A stretch of 64,000 bases of DNA from Nitrospira sp. (GCA_047150005.1 AP038806.1:768001-832000); one strand, 5' to 3'; counted from the first letter of the stretch, positions 19,523 through 30,805 are shown. The notes: a model not told the origin generated them from the sequence alone. Translations and numbers: made by a program.

Positions 19523-21370
19523 TTATGGAGAGGGCGCTTGTATCTTCTCTGATACACGGCGTTTAGCCTGCTGGATACGATCTTCTTGGGTAGGGTCTCC
19601 CATGCCTAGCTCGCGAAACCGTTCAATCAGCTTGCTGTTGGAAGGATCCAGTTCCAAGGCGTGCAACCAAGCTTCGCGGGCTTCGGCCATTCGGTCCTGC
19701 TTGGCATAGATGTCACCAAGATGCTCATAGATCACCGGATCGTCTCCGACAAGTGCCACAGCTCGCTTAATTTCTGTGAGCGCCTCGGCCAAAAGCCCAG
19801 ACTTGAAAAATGCCCACCCGAGACTGTCCACGTAATAGCCATTGTCCGGTTTCAATGCCACCGCCTGTTTGGTCAGAGAGAGCGCCTGATCGATCTTGAC
19901 TCCACGCTCGGCATAACTGTACCCGAGATAGTTGAGCGCATCCGCATGGTGCGGATCCAGCTTGATCGCCGTCTCCATCACGCGAACGACGTCATCAAAC
20001 CGATTCAGCTTGTCGTAAGCTGTTCCCAAGTTGAAATGTAAATCTGCGTTCTTCGGGTTGTGACGAATACCTTCCTCGAATACCTCAGCTGACTTCTCAA
20101 ATTGGTCCGTCTGCAAATATGCCAAACCGAGTACGATATGCGCCTCAGGCTGCTTGGGATTTAATGCTGTGGCACGACTCAGATGTTCGATGGCTTCAGG
20201 AAACTGCTTGAGTCTGTAATACAGTACCCCTAGGTGCAGATGCCCTTCATAGAAAGTGGGTTCGAGCTGAATATTGAAGGTGTACGTTTCGATGGCTCGC
20301 TTTGTATCCTTTGACTCTTCATACAGATAGCCTAGGTAGTCCCTCACCTTGAGTTCCGCCGGGCGTGTCTTGAGAATTTGGTTTAGGCGGTCGATCGCTT
20401 TGGCATACTCCTTCTGCTCCCCATAGATGAGAGCGACCCTCAATTGCGCATCAAGATCGGATGGATCATCGGCAAGAAGAGTCTCCAACTCGACCATCGC
20501 GCCTTTGTAATCTTTGGATTCGACATAGAGACGTATGAGCTGATGTCGAATATCACGATTCTGCGGGTTCACCCCCTGTAGATATCGCCTCAGTATTTCG
20601 ATCGCTCGATCTCGCTCCTGCCTAGATGCATAGATGGATGCCAAGGCCAGATAGGCCGGCTCGAACGAAGGGCTCACCGCAATAGCACGTTCGAAACTCG
20701 CGGAGGCTTGCTCGGGTTTACCAGATTCGAGCAAGGCGCGTCCGAGATGGTAGTGGCCGACTGCCGAATCCGGCGATCTCACCAATCCATCTCGGATCGC
20801 CGACTCAGCTTCAGAAGGTCGTTTTAAACCCAGCAGCAAAAGACCTTTGGCAAAATAGGGATCACCGGCTGTCGGATCCTGAGCGATGGCCTTGTCGACA
20901 ATGCCGATCGCTCGCTCAGTTTGACCGGCGCTTGCAAAGATGCCTGCCATTTGCGTCAGAACATGTCCGTCCTGATCCGGGCTGTCTACCACCTCTTGGG
21001 CGTACCGAAGAGCGTTGGGCATGTCACCCAACGAGAAATAAAGCCCTGCCAGCCTGGTTTTGACTGAGCTGGAGGAAGGGTCCGTGGCTAGGACGCTGTG
21101 ATATTCTCTCAATGCTCGTTCTGTATCCTGTGCCAACTCGGCTTGGTACCCCAGCATAAAATGATAGGCAGCTGACGCATCGGGCTGATGCATGGAAGGA
21201 TCGGGCTTATGAGGCATTTGAGACGCAGTTGAACTGCTCGACGGTGTTGACGGCGTCGTACAGGCTGGGAATAGGAATGCGCTCAGGACTAGTACGAATA
21301 AGGAATACAACGGCAAGATCCGTTTCGCCGGCGCAATATTAGCAGGACAAGGACAACCAGCGAGCCACAT
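19523..21370 (-). CDS. TPR-repeat lipoprotein
   Basis: Lipobox-like LFPAC, many TPRs, ALNYLGYSYAE and DSLGWA motifs. Confidence 0.85.
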   Translation of the reverse strand: MWLAGCPCPANIAPAKRILPLYSLFVLVLSAFLFPACTTPSTPSSSSTASQMPHKPDPSMHQPDASAAYHFMLGYQAELAQDTERALREYHSVLATDPSSSSVKTRLAGLYFSLGDMPNALRYAQEVVDSPDQDGHVLTQMAGIFASAGQTERAIGIVDKAIAQDPTAGDPYFAKGLLLLGLKRPSEAESAIRDGLVRSPDSAVGHYHLGRALLESGKPEQASASFERAIAVSPSFEPAYLALASIYASRQERDRAIEILRRYLQGVNPQNRDIRHQLIRLYVESKDYKGAMVELETLLADDPSDLDAQLRVALIYGEQKEYAKAIDRLNQILKTRPAELKVRDYLGYLYEESKDTKRAIETYTFNIQLEPTFYEGHLHLGVLYYRLKQFPEAIEHLSRATALNPKQPEAHIVLGLAYLQTDQFEKSAEVFEEGIRHNPKNADLHFNLGTAYDKLNRFDDVVRVMETAIKLDPHHADALNYLGYSYAERGVKIDQALSLTKQAVALKPDNGYYVDSLGWAFFKSGLLAEALTEIKRAVALVGDDPVIYEHLGDIYAKQDRMAEAREAWLHALELDPSNSKLIERFRELGMGDPTQEDRIQQAKRRVSEKIQAPSP

Positions 21371-21427
21371 GGTGGATAGACGATAACACAGTGCTGCTAA
21401 AGATTATACGAAGCGAGGTGGGCGCGG

Positions 21428-22783
21428 TCAAACGGCTTCTCGATTGTCCAAGCTCTCGAACTTGGCGAATCGATCATGAAAGAACAGCTCCTTCTTTCCG
21501 ATCGGACCATTGCGGTGCTTGCTCACCAGGATTTCAGCGATGCCTTTGCGTTCAGAGTTTTGATCGTACACTTCCTCGCGATAAATGAACATGACGACAT
21601 CCGCGTCCTGCTCGATGGCTCCGCTCTCGCGAAGATCGGCCAGCATGGGAATTGGCGGCTTTCTCGCTTCAACGGCCCGGCTCAATTGGGACAGTGCGAC
21701 AACCGGAACGTTGAGTTCTTTTGCCAATGCCTTCAACGAACGTGAGATGTCCGATATCTCCTGCTGCCGAGACTCGGCGTCACTCCGTCCCTGCATCAAT
21801 TGAAGGTAATCCACAACCAATAACCCAAGACCCCGCTCAGCCTTGAGCCGCCGAGCCTTGCCACGCATCTGCTGTACCGTAATACCCCCGGTATCATCGA
21901 TGTAGATCGGAGCCTGTTCCAGTCTGCCAGCCGCCTCAGCCAACCTCCACCAATCCTCCTTTTGGAGCTTCCCGGTCCGCAGTGCGTGGGAGTCGACTCG
22001 CGCCTCGGAACTGAGCATGCGCAGAACGATCTGGGGCTTAGACATTTCGAGGCTGAAGATACCGACCGGGGTCCCAGCATGAAGCGCGGCATGGGCGGCC
22101 ATGCCCAAGACGAGACTCGTTTTTCCCATGCTCGGTCTGCCAGCGATCACGACCAGGTCGGACGGCTGAAGACCGGCCGTCAGATCGTCGAGATCATAGA
22201 ACCCGGTTGGAACGCCGGTTACCTGCTCTTTGCGCTTGGATAATTTATCGACAAGATCGAGACTCTCTTTGATGATTTGATTGATCGGACTGAAGGATCG
22301 ATCCATCTTACCTTGTGCGATGCTAAAGACCGACCGCTCAGCGAAATCCAGAAGGTCGTCGATCTGGGTTGCTCCTTCATACCCGCGGGTCAGCACTTCT
22401 GTGGAGGTATGGATGAGCTCTCGCAGCAGCGCTTTGTCGCGCACGATCTTGCTGTGATACCGGATGTTGGCCGCGCTGGGAACGATTTGGACCAACTCCG
22501 CCAGGTATGCCGCCCCGCCGACCGATTCCAGTTCACCCCGCACCTTTAAACGTTCGGTAAGCGTGATCTGATCGATGACTTCACCGACTTCGGACAGCTC
22601 CAGCATGGCATGATAAATCTTCCGGTGAGCAGTCCGATAAAAATCATTCTCGACGATCAATTCCATTGCCTTGGCCATTGCCTGGTTGTCCAGCAACACC
22701 GCGCCCAATACGGATTGTTCCGCCTCGACATTCTGAGGAGGCAGCTTCGGTTGGGAAAGGTCGATGTCAGGCGCGGACTTCAT
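21428..22783 (-). CDS. dnaB: Replicative DNA helicase
   Basis: PPQNVEAEQSVLG, GRPSMGKT, DYLQLM, LRESGAIEQDAD. Confidence 0.98.
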   Translation of the reverse strand: MKSAPDIDLSQPKLPPQNVEAEQSVLGAVLLDNQAMAKAMELIVENDFYRTAHRKIYHAMLELSEVGEVIDQITLTERLKVRGELESVGGAAYLAELVQIVPSAANIRYHSKIVRDKALLRELIHTSTEVLTRGYEGATQIDDLLDFAERSVFSIAQGKMDRSFSPINQIIKESLDLVDKLSKRKEQVTGVPTGFYDLDDLTAGLQPSDLVVIAGRPSMGKTSLVLGMAAHAALHAGTPVGIFSLEMSKPQIVLRMLSSEARVDSHALRTGKLQKEDWWRLAEAAGRLEQAPIYIDDTGGITVQQMRGKARRLKAERGLGLLVVDYLQLMQGRSDAESRQQEISDISRSLKALAKELNVPVVALSQLSRAVEARKPPIPMLADLRESGAIEQDADVVMFIYREEVYDQNSERKGIAEILVSKHRNGPIGKKELFFHDRFAKFESLDNREAV

Positions 22784-24192
22784 GGCGCACCTTTTATGGT
22801 GGACGGATGTTTGGCCGCCTCGACGAGGGCGGCAAGGCTTATCTTCTTCGACACAGGTCCGGACGAGCGCCCATTTCGCGCAAGGCTCGTCTCGCGTCCA
22901 AGCCGTTCAACAACCGTGAACTGATCACCGCGGTCCTGTCCCGGCATTCCAACGACGACCACAGCTCTGGCTCCTTGTGCCTGACCTTGCTGAACCGCGC
23001 TGGTCAGAAGCCGGCCGGTGCTCTTATTATTCATAGTTTGCTGGGCGACACGGAGATGTCGGCGCCGCAATTGAGCCGCGACCTTACTCACGCGTGATAC
23101 CGCACGCTGAGGTCCTATCACGAGATAGTCGATGCGAGGCGACCCATCGGCCTCTTCCGGAAACGCCAAGGCACGGAACAGACGGTCAACATCGAGTGCG
23201 AATCCGGTTGAAGGCAGGTCTGCACCGAATCGGCCGATCAGGTGATCATATCGCCCACCTCCGCCCAATTCTGCCCCCACTCCCGGCGCGAAGGCATCAA
23301 AGACCGCACCATCGTAGTAATCGACCCCTCGGAACTCGCCAAGGTCCAACAGCAGTGCATCCTCATATCCCGCTGTACATAATAGATGATAGAGTTCTGC
23401 GAGTCGCTCCAATGGCTCAAGCAGAGCCGCGTCTCCGGCTGCCAGAACCCGCCCTCGATTCAGGACCTCTTTTCGACCGGTCAACTCCGGTGCTTCACGA
23501 ATCGCCATGGCGGCCGATCTTGCGATGCGTTCGGTCTTCAGAATCTCTTCAAGACGAGGTAGATCTTTTCGAGCCGCGGCCTGCTCAGCTCGCTTCTGGG
23601 CTCGAACGGACAAGCCGGATCTCGTCATCAGGCCCTTGATGAATCCAACATGCCCCAAGGCGATCGTGAAGGATCGAAGCCCAATCGACTGCAAGCACTC
23701 GATCAATATGGTAATGACCTCGGCATCACCGTTCACATCTTTGAGACCAATGAGCTCGGCCCCGATCTGAAAAATCTCTCTCCCACGACCGGCATGTTCA
23801 GGTTCGTACCGAAACACCGAGGTGCGATACGTAAGCCTCTGAGGAAATCTTCCGCCGGTCAAGCCCATGGCCACTGTTCTGGCTACCTGGGCGGTCGCAT
23901 CGGGGCGAAGCAGGAGAGTCCGACCGGTGGTGCGGTCAATGAATTGGTAACAGGTCTCGAGCAGCTCTGACTCCAAGCCGGGCGCCAGCACGTCAAGGTA
24001 CTCAAATGTGGGGAGAATAATTTCATCGTATCCCCACCGCCCGATCTGAGCCAGGAGTTGGCCTTCGAGGTGACGAACCTGTCGAGCGGCATGAGGGAGG
24101 ATTGTCGCCATCCCTATCGGAATCAGAGAGCGCTCGCGAGAGGCTGATGCCTGCGCCGAAACGCGGCGAGACTTCCGAGAAGCAGACACCAT
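22780..24192 (-). CDS. hisZ: ATP phosphoribosyltransferase regulatory subunit
   Basis: LRPDATAQVAR, REIFQIGAEL, YYDG, GGGRYD HisRS-like fold. Confidence 0.88.
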   Translation of the reverse strand: MVSASRKSRRVSAQASASRERSLIPIGMATILPHAARQVRHLEGQLLAQIGRWGYDEIILPTFEYLDVLAPGLESELLETCYQFIDRTTGRTLLLRPDATAQVARTVAMGLTGGRFPQRLTYRTSVFRYEPEHAGRGREIFQIGAELIGLKDVNGDAEVITILIECLQSIGLRSFTIALGHVGFIKGLMTRSGLSVRAQKRAEQAAARKDLPRLEEILKTERIARSAAMAIREAPELTGRKEVLNRGRVLAAGDAALLEPLERLAELYHLLCTAGYEDALLLDLGEFRGVDYYDGAVFDAFAPGVGAELGGGGRYDHLIGRFGADLPSTGFALDVDRLFRALAFPEEADGSPRIDYLVIGPQRAVSRVSKVAAQLRRRHLRVAQQTMNNKSTGRLLTSAVQQGQAQGARAVVVVGMPGQDRGDQFTVVERLGRETSLARNGRSSGPVSKKISLAALVEAAKHPSTIKGAP

Positions 24193-24216
24193 AGATGGCC
24201 GAATGGCTAGCGGAGT

Positions 24217-25800
24217 TTAGGAAAGGCTCGCAACCTTGACCGAGAGAATATCCTGATTCGACTTGATCGCATTTAATACCGTGCCGGGAAATACTTGGTC
24301 GGATCCGATAATCAGCAACGCATTTCCTCCGCGCTTTTCCAGTGCACACTGCATTCGAACGATATTGATGCTCTCGTCCCCAAGCACCTTACCCACCATC
24401 CCGATGACACCGGGTCGATCGATGTTATGGATCAACAACATGTTTCCTTCGGGGACCACCTCGACCTTGAATTGATCGATTTCTACGACCCGAGGATCCT
24501 TCTTATGATAGAGAGTACCGGCGACTTGATGAGAGGCTTTCCCCGCCACAACACGCACCCGAATCAGGCTGGTAAAGTCTCCGGCATCGGAGCTACGAAC
24601 CTCTTTGACTTCAATTCCACGTTCTTTTGCCACAATCGGCGCATTCACGTAGTTGACAGGGGCCTCCATGACCGGAGTGAGCAGGCCCTTCAGCACGGCA
24701 ATCGTCAGAGGGGCCACCGATAGGTCGGCAACCTCTCCGCTGTATTCAACAGTCAGATGCTCAAGCCCGCCCTCACACAACTGCGCCTGTAACTTTCCCA
24801 ATTGCTCGGCCAACGACAGGTAGGGTTGGAGCCTCGGGAGCAATTCCGGCGAAACCGAGGGGATATTCACGGCTCCGCGCGCAATGCCCTTCTTGAAATA
24901 ATCGGCGATTTGCTCGGCAATCCCGACGGCAACGTTCTCCTGCGCCTCCGTCGTCTGTGCCCCGATATGGGGAGTGCAAATAAAGTTGTCGAGGGTCAGC
25001 AAGGAATTCTCCGCTTTGACGGGCTCTTCCTCAAACACGTCAAATGCGGCAGCCGCGACGCGTTTGTTCTTCAACGCCTCGAACAAGTCCCCTTCGTGCA
25101 CGATGCCTCCGCGCGCGCAATTCACGATCATCACCCCGGGCTTCATCATCGAGATCGTCCGCGCATTGATGATGCCCTTGGTTTCGGGAGTCAGCGGCGT
25201 GTGTACGGAAATGATGTCTGCGCGACGGAACAGATCGTGGAGGTCTACCATCTCCACGCCCATTCGCTCGGCCCGATCGCTGGCCAAGAAGGGATCGTAA
25301 GCGATCACTCTCATTCCGATGCCATGAGCCAATTTTGTCAGATGGCTGCCGATCTGCCCAACCCCGACGATGCCTAGTATCTTATTGTAGAGCTCGACGC
25401 CCATAAACTTGTCTTTTTCCCACTTCCCCGACTTCGTGGAAGTGGTGGCCTGAGGGATGCGTCGGCTCATGGCGCAAATCATCGAGAGAGTGTGTTCGGC
25501 GGTCGTTACCGTATTGCCGCCCGGCGTGTTCATGACGACGATCCCACGACGGGTAGCCGCCGGAGTGTCAACATTGTCCAGACCGGAACCGGCGCGACCC
25601 ACAACCTTGAGTTTATCCGCCGCAGCAAGCAACTCTTCCGTCACCTTGGTGCCGGACCGCACGATCAATCCGTCGGCATCCTTGATCTCTTTGAAGAGTT
25701 CATCTTTCGGCATCTTGGACTTCACAACCACCGTGAAGCCTGCCTTCTCCAGAAGCTCGACACCTTGCTTAGAGAGACTATCGCTGACCAGAATTTTCAT
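24217..25800 (-). CDS. serA: D-3-phosphoglycerate dehydrogenase
   Basis: GRAGSGLDNVD, NCARGG, TPHIGAQT, C-terminal ACT domain. Confidence 0.96.
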   Translation of the reverse strand: MKILVSDSLSKQGVELLEKAGFTVVVKSKMPKDELFKEIKDADGLIVRSGTKVTEELLAAADKLKVVGRAGSGLDNVDTPAATRRGIVVMNTPGGNTVTTAEHTLSMICAMSRRIPQATTSTKSGKWEKDKFMGVELYNKILGIVGVGQIGSHLTKLAHGIGMRVIAYDPFLASDRAERMGVEMVDLHDLFRRADIISVHTPLTPETKGIINARTISMMKPGVMIVNCARGGIVHEGDLFEALKNKRVAAAAFDVFEEEPVKAENSLLTLDNFICTPHIGAQTTEAQENVAVGIAEQIADYFKKGIARGAVNIPSVSPELLPRLQPYLSLAEQLGKLQAQLCEGGLEHLTVEYSGEVADLSVAPLTIAVLKGLLTPVMEAPVNYVNAPIVAKERGIEVKEVRSSDAGDFTSLIRVRVVAGKASHQVAGTLYHKKDPRVVEIDQFKVEVVPEGNMLLIHNIDRPGVIGMVGKVLGDESINIVRMQCALEKRGGNALLIIGSDQVFPGTVLNAIKSNQDILSVKVASLS

Positions 25801-25808
25801 AGATCTGC

Positions 25809-26951
25809 CTACTTCACCATCAAAATTTCTTGGGCCTTTGCCACACCGCTGCCGAGCTTCACGGAATGACCGAGACCCTTCAAGACCATTTCAGTCGCTG
25901 CGACAGCCATGATGACGTCGAATCGATCCATATAGCCCATGTGCGAGAGCCGGAATATCTTTCCCTTCAAGTGGTCTTGCCCGCCCGCCGCGGTGATCCC
26001 GTATTGCACCCGAAGATTCTTATACACCGCCTGACCGTCGATCCCCTCAGGTGCCGAGACTGCAGTGAGCGCATCGCTGGGTGATTCCTTGGGAAACAGC
26101 GTCAACCCGGCGGCCTTCATCCCCTCCCTCATCGCCATCGCAAGATTCGCTTGCCGCCAGAAGACCTGTTCCAGCCCTTCGGCTTTGAGCATCTTCAAGA
26201 CCTCTTGGAGCCCGATGATGAGCGAGACAGCGGGCGTATACGCTGTCTGGTTCTTCTGTTGATTCTCTCGTTCCTTCTTCAAATTGAAATAGAACGAAGC
26301 ATTCTTGGCCTTCTCGGCCAATTGCCAGGCCTTATCGCTGACGCTGACGAATGCCAGACCGGGCGGCAGCATCAGGGCCTTTTGAGAGCCGGTCACCACA
26401 ACGTCGACGCCCCAATCGTCGGTCTTGATGTCGAACACGCCCAACGCCGTGATGGCATCCACCACGAGAATCGTATCGGCATGGCCTTTGACAATTTGAG
26501 CGAGGGTCTTGACATCATGGGCGACCCCTGTCGAGGTTTCACTGGCCTGGACATAGACGGCTTTGATTCCCGGATCCTTCTTCAAGGAATCTGCAACCAC
26601 CTGAGGATCAATGGCCCGTCCCCATTCCACTTTGAGTTCGGTCACCTGCGCCCCATATGTCTTACAGAGCTTGCCCCAGCGCTCTCCGAACTTGCCCCCA
26701 TTAATGGTTAGCGCCTTGTCTCCGGGAGAAAGAAAGTTGGACACGGAGGCTTCCATCCCGCCGGTTCCCGAGGCAGCCAGCATGAGGACATCGCCGTTCG
26801 TTTGAAAAAGCCATTTCAATCCATCACGGACCTCCCCGAACAGCTTGTCGAATTCAGGCGCCCGGTGATGGATTATCGGCTTCGCCATGGCCAGAAGCAC
26901 CTCTGGCGGCACAGGCGTGGGCCCTGGAGCCAACAGATACCGCTTGATCAT
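25809..26951 (-). CDS. Class V aminotransferase (alanine-glyoxylate/serine-pyruvate type; probable phosphoserine aminotransferase role)
   Basis: LAPGPTPV, ETSTG, GSQKALMLPPG; adjacent to serA. Confidence 0.9.
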   Translation of the reverse strand: MIKRYLLAPGPTPVPPEVLLAMAKPIIHHRAPEFDKLFGEVRDGLKWLFQTNGDVLMLAASGTGGMEASVSNFLSPGDKALTINGGKFGERWGKLCKTYGAQVTELKVEWGRAIDPQVVADSLKKDPGIKAVYVQASETSTGVAHDVKTLAQIVKGHADTILVVDAITALGVFDIKTDDWGVDVVVTGSQKALMLPPGLAFVSVSDKAWQLAEKAKNASFYFNLKKERENQQKNQTAYTPAVSLIIGLQEVLKMLKAEGLEQVFWRQANLAMAMREGMKAAGLTLFPKESPSDALTAVSAPEGIDGQAVYKNLRVQYGITAAGGQDHLKGKIFRLSHMGYMDRFDVIMAVAATEMVLKGLGHSVKLGSGVAKAQEILMVK

Positions 26952-27003
26952 CGACCCTTCCTCCTGGAGTGGAATGCAGAAAGTGCCCAACGAGAGAAGC
27001 CGG

Positions 27004-27033
27004 ACGATACCATTGCCTTCGGAAGAGTGTCAA
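27004..27033 (-). promoter_or_regulatory. Putative sigma70 promoter of aminotransferase-serA operon
   Basis: Minus strand TTGACA-N18-TATCGT. Confidence 0.45.
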
Positions 27034-27203
27034 GGCAACGGCCGAGGTAGATCCGTGTGTTTTCGTGCAGTTGGAGTCGACGGTTCACGAAGAAAATCTC
27101 ACCGAACTCTTCGCGATTTCTCTTGCTTTCAGTCTCACGCGTCTCCGGCCCATGCTCAGAGATGGACCGCCCCAAAAGGTGGGGGCTTCCCTCGGGTGAT
27201 TTC

Positions 27204-27232
27204 TTGACAAGTTTTCCGTCGCTCGATACTCT
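27204..27232 (+). promoter_or_regulatory. Putative sigma70 promoter of lytic transglycosylase gene
   Basis: TTGACA-N17-TACTCT. Confidence 0.5.
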
Positions 27233-27256
27233 AGGTCCACATCCTGACAGCTCACA

Positions 27257-28630
27257 TTGGAGTCTGGAACATATTCCATGTCCTCTCTGTGCGTCATACA
27301 TCTTCTCAGGCGTAGCCTGACCGGTCTGTCCATCCTTGCCGCTTTCTGGACTTTTCCTCCGGTCATAACAGCCCAGGCGGAAGTCTCCACCGTCGTGAGC
27401 GAAACCTTTCCCCTTCCGGAAGGGGTGGATGGACAGAGCACAGGAGAAGAGGACGAGCCCGATCCAAATCTGGTCCCGCTGGAAACGGAGGTTCCGAATA
27501 ACGGCCCTACCGCAGCAGAGGATCAATCTCCTGTGCCACGTACCGAGGAAATCCTGGAAATTGCGCCACTGCCCCATTCGGCGGCATCCCGGTTCGCGGA
27601 TTCTTTCAATCCTCCTATCGAGACGCTGCCATCCCAAACTCCGGGAACCGGAGAAGTCTCCATTTATAACGTCCCGATTGTGATGGACCCGTCAGTTCAA
27701 TCCCATATTCGCTATTTCAACACCGCTATCCGTGACCGATTTGAACAGTGGCTCCTGCGGCTCAGTCGCTACCAACCCTTGGTGGAGAATATTTTCGCGG
27801 AATTTCATCTGCCAAGCGACCTGGTGTATTTGTCGCTGGTTGAAAGTGGCTTCAATCCCTACGCCTACTCGCGCGCGAAAGCCACCGGCCCATGGCAGTT
27901 CATGAAGGGCACGGCGAAGGTGTACGGCCTTCGCGTGGACTCCTATGTCGACGAGCGGCGCGACCCGATCAAATCTACCGTAGCCGCCGCTCGATATTTG
28001 CGCGATCTCTACGACATGTTCGGTACCTGGCCGTTGGCGATGGCCGCCTACAATGCCGGCGAAGGCAAAGTGATGCGGGCCCTTCACAAAGCCCAAGCGG
28101 AAAGCTTCTCCGACATATCAAAGACTCGCCTGATCAGGAGAGAGACGAAGGAGTACGTGCCTCGGTTCATGGCCGCCACCATCATTGCCAAGAACCCGGT
28201 TCGCTATGGATTTTCCCAGGGTTCCACGGAACCGCATCAATTCGAAGAAGTCATCGTGGACCGGCCGCTTCATTTCCTGGCCATCGCAAACGTCACCGGC
28301 GTGTCATATGAAGAATTGCGACTTCTGAACCCGGAGTTGCGCCGCGATGCCACCCCCCCGGGCGAGGCCTATCATCTGAAAGTTCCCGTCGGCTTCAAAT
28401 CGAAAGTGGAGCAATTGCTCCAACGCATTCCCAGTCACAAGTTCCCACCGCTCCCCGCAACCCCTCAGTTTACCTCGGCGAAAACGTCTCGCTGGTACAA
28501 GGTCCGCGTGGGAGACACGCTGGAAAAGGTTTCAAAACGGTTCCGCATCCCGCTCAAGACCCTCAAGACCAAAAACAGCCTGACCAGCCCCGTCATCCGG
28601 CCAGGTGATTTCCTGGTCATCAGTCGCTAG
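27257..28630 (+). CDS. mltD: MltD-like lytic transglycosylase with LysM
   Basis: LVESGFNP, ATGPWQFM, AAYNAGEG, ETKEYVP, C-terminal LysM (YKVRVGDTL). Confidence 0.88.
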   Translation: MESGTYSMSSLCVIHLLRRSLTGLSILAAFWTFPPVITAQAEVSTVVSETFPLPEGVDGQSTGEEDEPDPNLVPLETEVPNNGPTAAEDQSPVPRTEEILEIAPLPHSAASRFADSFNPPIETLPSQTPGTGEVSIYNVPIVMDPSVQSHIRYFNTAIRDRFEQWLLRLSRYQPLVENIFAEFHLPSDLVYLSLVESGFNPYAYSRAKATGPWQFMKGTAKVYGLRVDSYVDERRDPIKSTVAAARYLRDLYDMFGTWPLAMAAYNAGEGKVMRALHKAQAESFSDISKTRLIRRETKEYVPRFMAATIIAKNPVRYGFSQGSTEPHQFEEVIVDRPLHFLAIANVTGVSYEELRLLNPELRRDATPPGEAYHLKVPVGFKSKVEQLLQRIPSHKFPPLPATPQFTSAKTSRWYKVRVGDTLEKVSKRFRIPLKTLKTKNSLTSPVIRPGDFLVISR

Positions 28631-28699
28631 CCTTCCGCCGGACGCAGTAATTCCCTCTCGACCGTCCAACACGGCATACCCGTTTTCGGGTTTCGCCTG

Positions 28700-29491
28700 T
28701 TATTTCTTTTTCTTGCCCGTTTCTGACGCGGAAGGAGTGGGGTTCGTCGACGCAGCCGGAGGAGTCGAGACCGGTTCCGCCGTCCGCTTCGTATCAAGCA
28801 TTTTCGTGCGGACCATGGCCTCGTTGGTATAGGGAGAAGCCGGATAGGACTTGATCAGTTCTTGATAGTGCGCAAGGGCACCTTCCGGTCTTGATTGGGC
28901 CTCTTCAAGCCGAGCCAGCTCGAACAGCGCTTGATCCTTGTTGAGTGCCCCGGTGGACTCCACGATACTCGCAAAGGCCTTCACCGCTTGATCACGATCA
29001 CCTTTCAACAGATACGTGTAGGCCAGACGCTGCCGCGCCAACCCCACCAATGTCGGCTGCGAACCGTAGAGCGCAATAAATCGCTGATACGCTTCGATGG
29101 CTCCGGGATAATCATTCGCCTGCATCAGGGCGTTACCCAGATGAAAGAGCGCCAACGGAGCCGACGGGGTTCTGGGATATTGGTCCACTACCTGCCGATA
29201 TTTCTCGATCGCCGCCTTCAATGTCGCATCGGATTTTGCGGGATCGGTGGTCGGCCGGGTCATGAAAAGCCTGGTCGCCTCCCGCTCAAGATCTTGAGCC
29301 TTTTGCGATGCCTGACGGTCGAACCAAAACACTCCCCCCACTACGACAACGGCAAGCACTAAGACCGACAATCCGACCAACAGCGGTTTTCGATAGTCCC
29401 GCACTCGATGCAGGGCGTGCTCGAGCCCGCTCACAAAATGAGCCTCGTCGACCTGAAGCGTCCTTGCTGGAACCTTGATACGGTAACTCAT
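28700..29491 (-). CDS. Membrane-anchored TPR protein (YfgM-like)
   Basis: Single N-terminal TM followed by TPRs. Confidence 0.75.
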   Translation of the reverse strand: MSYRIKVPARTLQVDEAHFVSGLEHALHRVRDYRKPLLVGLSVLVLAVVVVGGVFWFDRQASQKAQDLEREATRLFMTRPTTDPAKSDATLKAAIEKYRQVVDQYPRTPSAPLALFHLGNALMQANDYPGAIEAYQRFIALYGSQPTLVGLARQRLAYTYLLKGDRDQAVKAFASIVESTGALNKDQALFELARLEEAQSRPEGALAHYQELIKSYPASPYTNEAMVRTKMLDTKRTAEPVSTPPAASTNPTPSASETGKKKK

Positions 29492-29644
29492 GGCTGATCC
29501 AGGGGTGCTAAGAGATCACTTCCTCCACGACGTCCCCGCGCCTTATACTAAGGACCTCCTGACCTTGTCAATGAGGCGACAGGGTGGAAGCGCACGCTCA
29601 TGACCTGGGCGGCCGCTGTCCCACGGTATTGGACATCCCCTCAT

Positions 29645-30805
29645 ATGTTTGACAAATTGCTTGGCGATCTCGACGCGCAGCACCTGACACGACACCTCAC
29701 AGAAGTGGCAACTGGTGTCGCACCGGTTGTGAAAATCGACGGACGAGAGATTCTGCTCCTGGCCTCGAACGATTATTTAGGACTTGCCGGACATCCCGAT
29801 ATTATTCATGCAGCGACCGAGGCGACCCGCCGCTATGGGGTCGGATCCGGCGCCTCCCGCTTGGTTTCCGGAACGTTGACTCCGCATAAAGATATGGAGC
29901 GAGCCCTTGCCCGCTTCAAGAGGACGGCCTCGGCACTCGCCTTCGGATCAGGATATCTCGCCAATCTCGGCGCAATCCCGACATTGATCGGTCGAGGGGG
30001 GCTTATTCTCGCAGATCGGCTGTGCCACGCCAGTCTCATCGACGCCTGCCGTCTGAGCGGCGCCGACTTCCGGATTTATCGTCATAACGACCTAAGCCAT
30101 CTCAAGACACTGCTCTCGCACAGGAAGGCGGCCCGGCGGACGATGGTCGTCACCGACGGTGTGTTCAGCATGGATGGGGATCTGGCACCCCTTTCTGAGC
30201 TGTTCGACTTGACCCGGCAGTATGACGTCGAGTTGTACGTGGATGATGCCCATGGGACCGGCGTGATGGGAGAAACCGGACGGGGTACGCTGGAGCATTT
30301 CCACCTCGAGGACGCCATTCCCTTCCATATGGGTACGCTGAGCAAGGCCGTAGGATGCATGGGCGGTTATATCGCCGGCACGGAAACCCTCATCACTTAT
30401 CTGCTGAACACCAGTCGATCATTCATGTATACGACGGCTCCGCCTCCGGGTGCCGCAGCGGCAGCGATCGCCGCGTTGGATATCATGCAACGAGAGCCAC
30501 AACGGCGGCAGCGACTGTGGGCTAATCGCGAGAAACTGTGCAATGGATTGAGACAACTCGGGTTTACCATCGGAGCCACTGCGAGTCCCATCATCCCCAT
30601 CGTCATCGGCCGAGCCGACCGAGCCCTTGCCTTCGCCGAGCACCTGTTCTCGAACGGCGTCTTCGCCCCGGCGATCCGCCCGCCAACCGTCCCCGAATCA
30701 ACAAGCCGCATCCGCGTCACCATCACATCGGAGCACACCTCGGCGCAGATCGACCGCGCAGTGACCGCATTCCGGCTGGCAGGCGAGTCGATCCGACTGA
30801 TCTGA
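29645..30805 (+). CDS. bioF: 8-amino-7-oxononanoate synthase
   Basis: SNDYLGLA, HASLID, DGVFSMDGD, DDAHG, TLSKA, IRPPTVP. Confidence 0.93.
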   Translation: MFDKLLGDLDAQHLTRHLTEVATGVAPVVKIDGREILLLASNDYLGLAGHPDIIHAATEATRRYGVGSGASRLVSGTLTPHKDMERALARFKRTASALAFGSGYLANLGAIPTLIGRGGLILADRLCHASLIDACRLSGADFRIYRHNDLSHLKTLLSHRKAARRTMVVTDGVFSMDGDLAPLSELFDLTRQYDVELYVDDAHGTGVMGETGRGTLEHFHLEDAIPFHMGTLSKAVGCMGGYIAGTETLITYLLNTSRSFMYTTAPPPGAAAAAIAALDIMQREPQRRQRLWANREKLCNGLRQLGFTIGATASPIIPIVIGRADRALAFAEHLFSNGVFAPAIRPPTVPESTSRIRVTITSEHTSAQIDRAVTAFRLAGESIRLI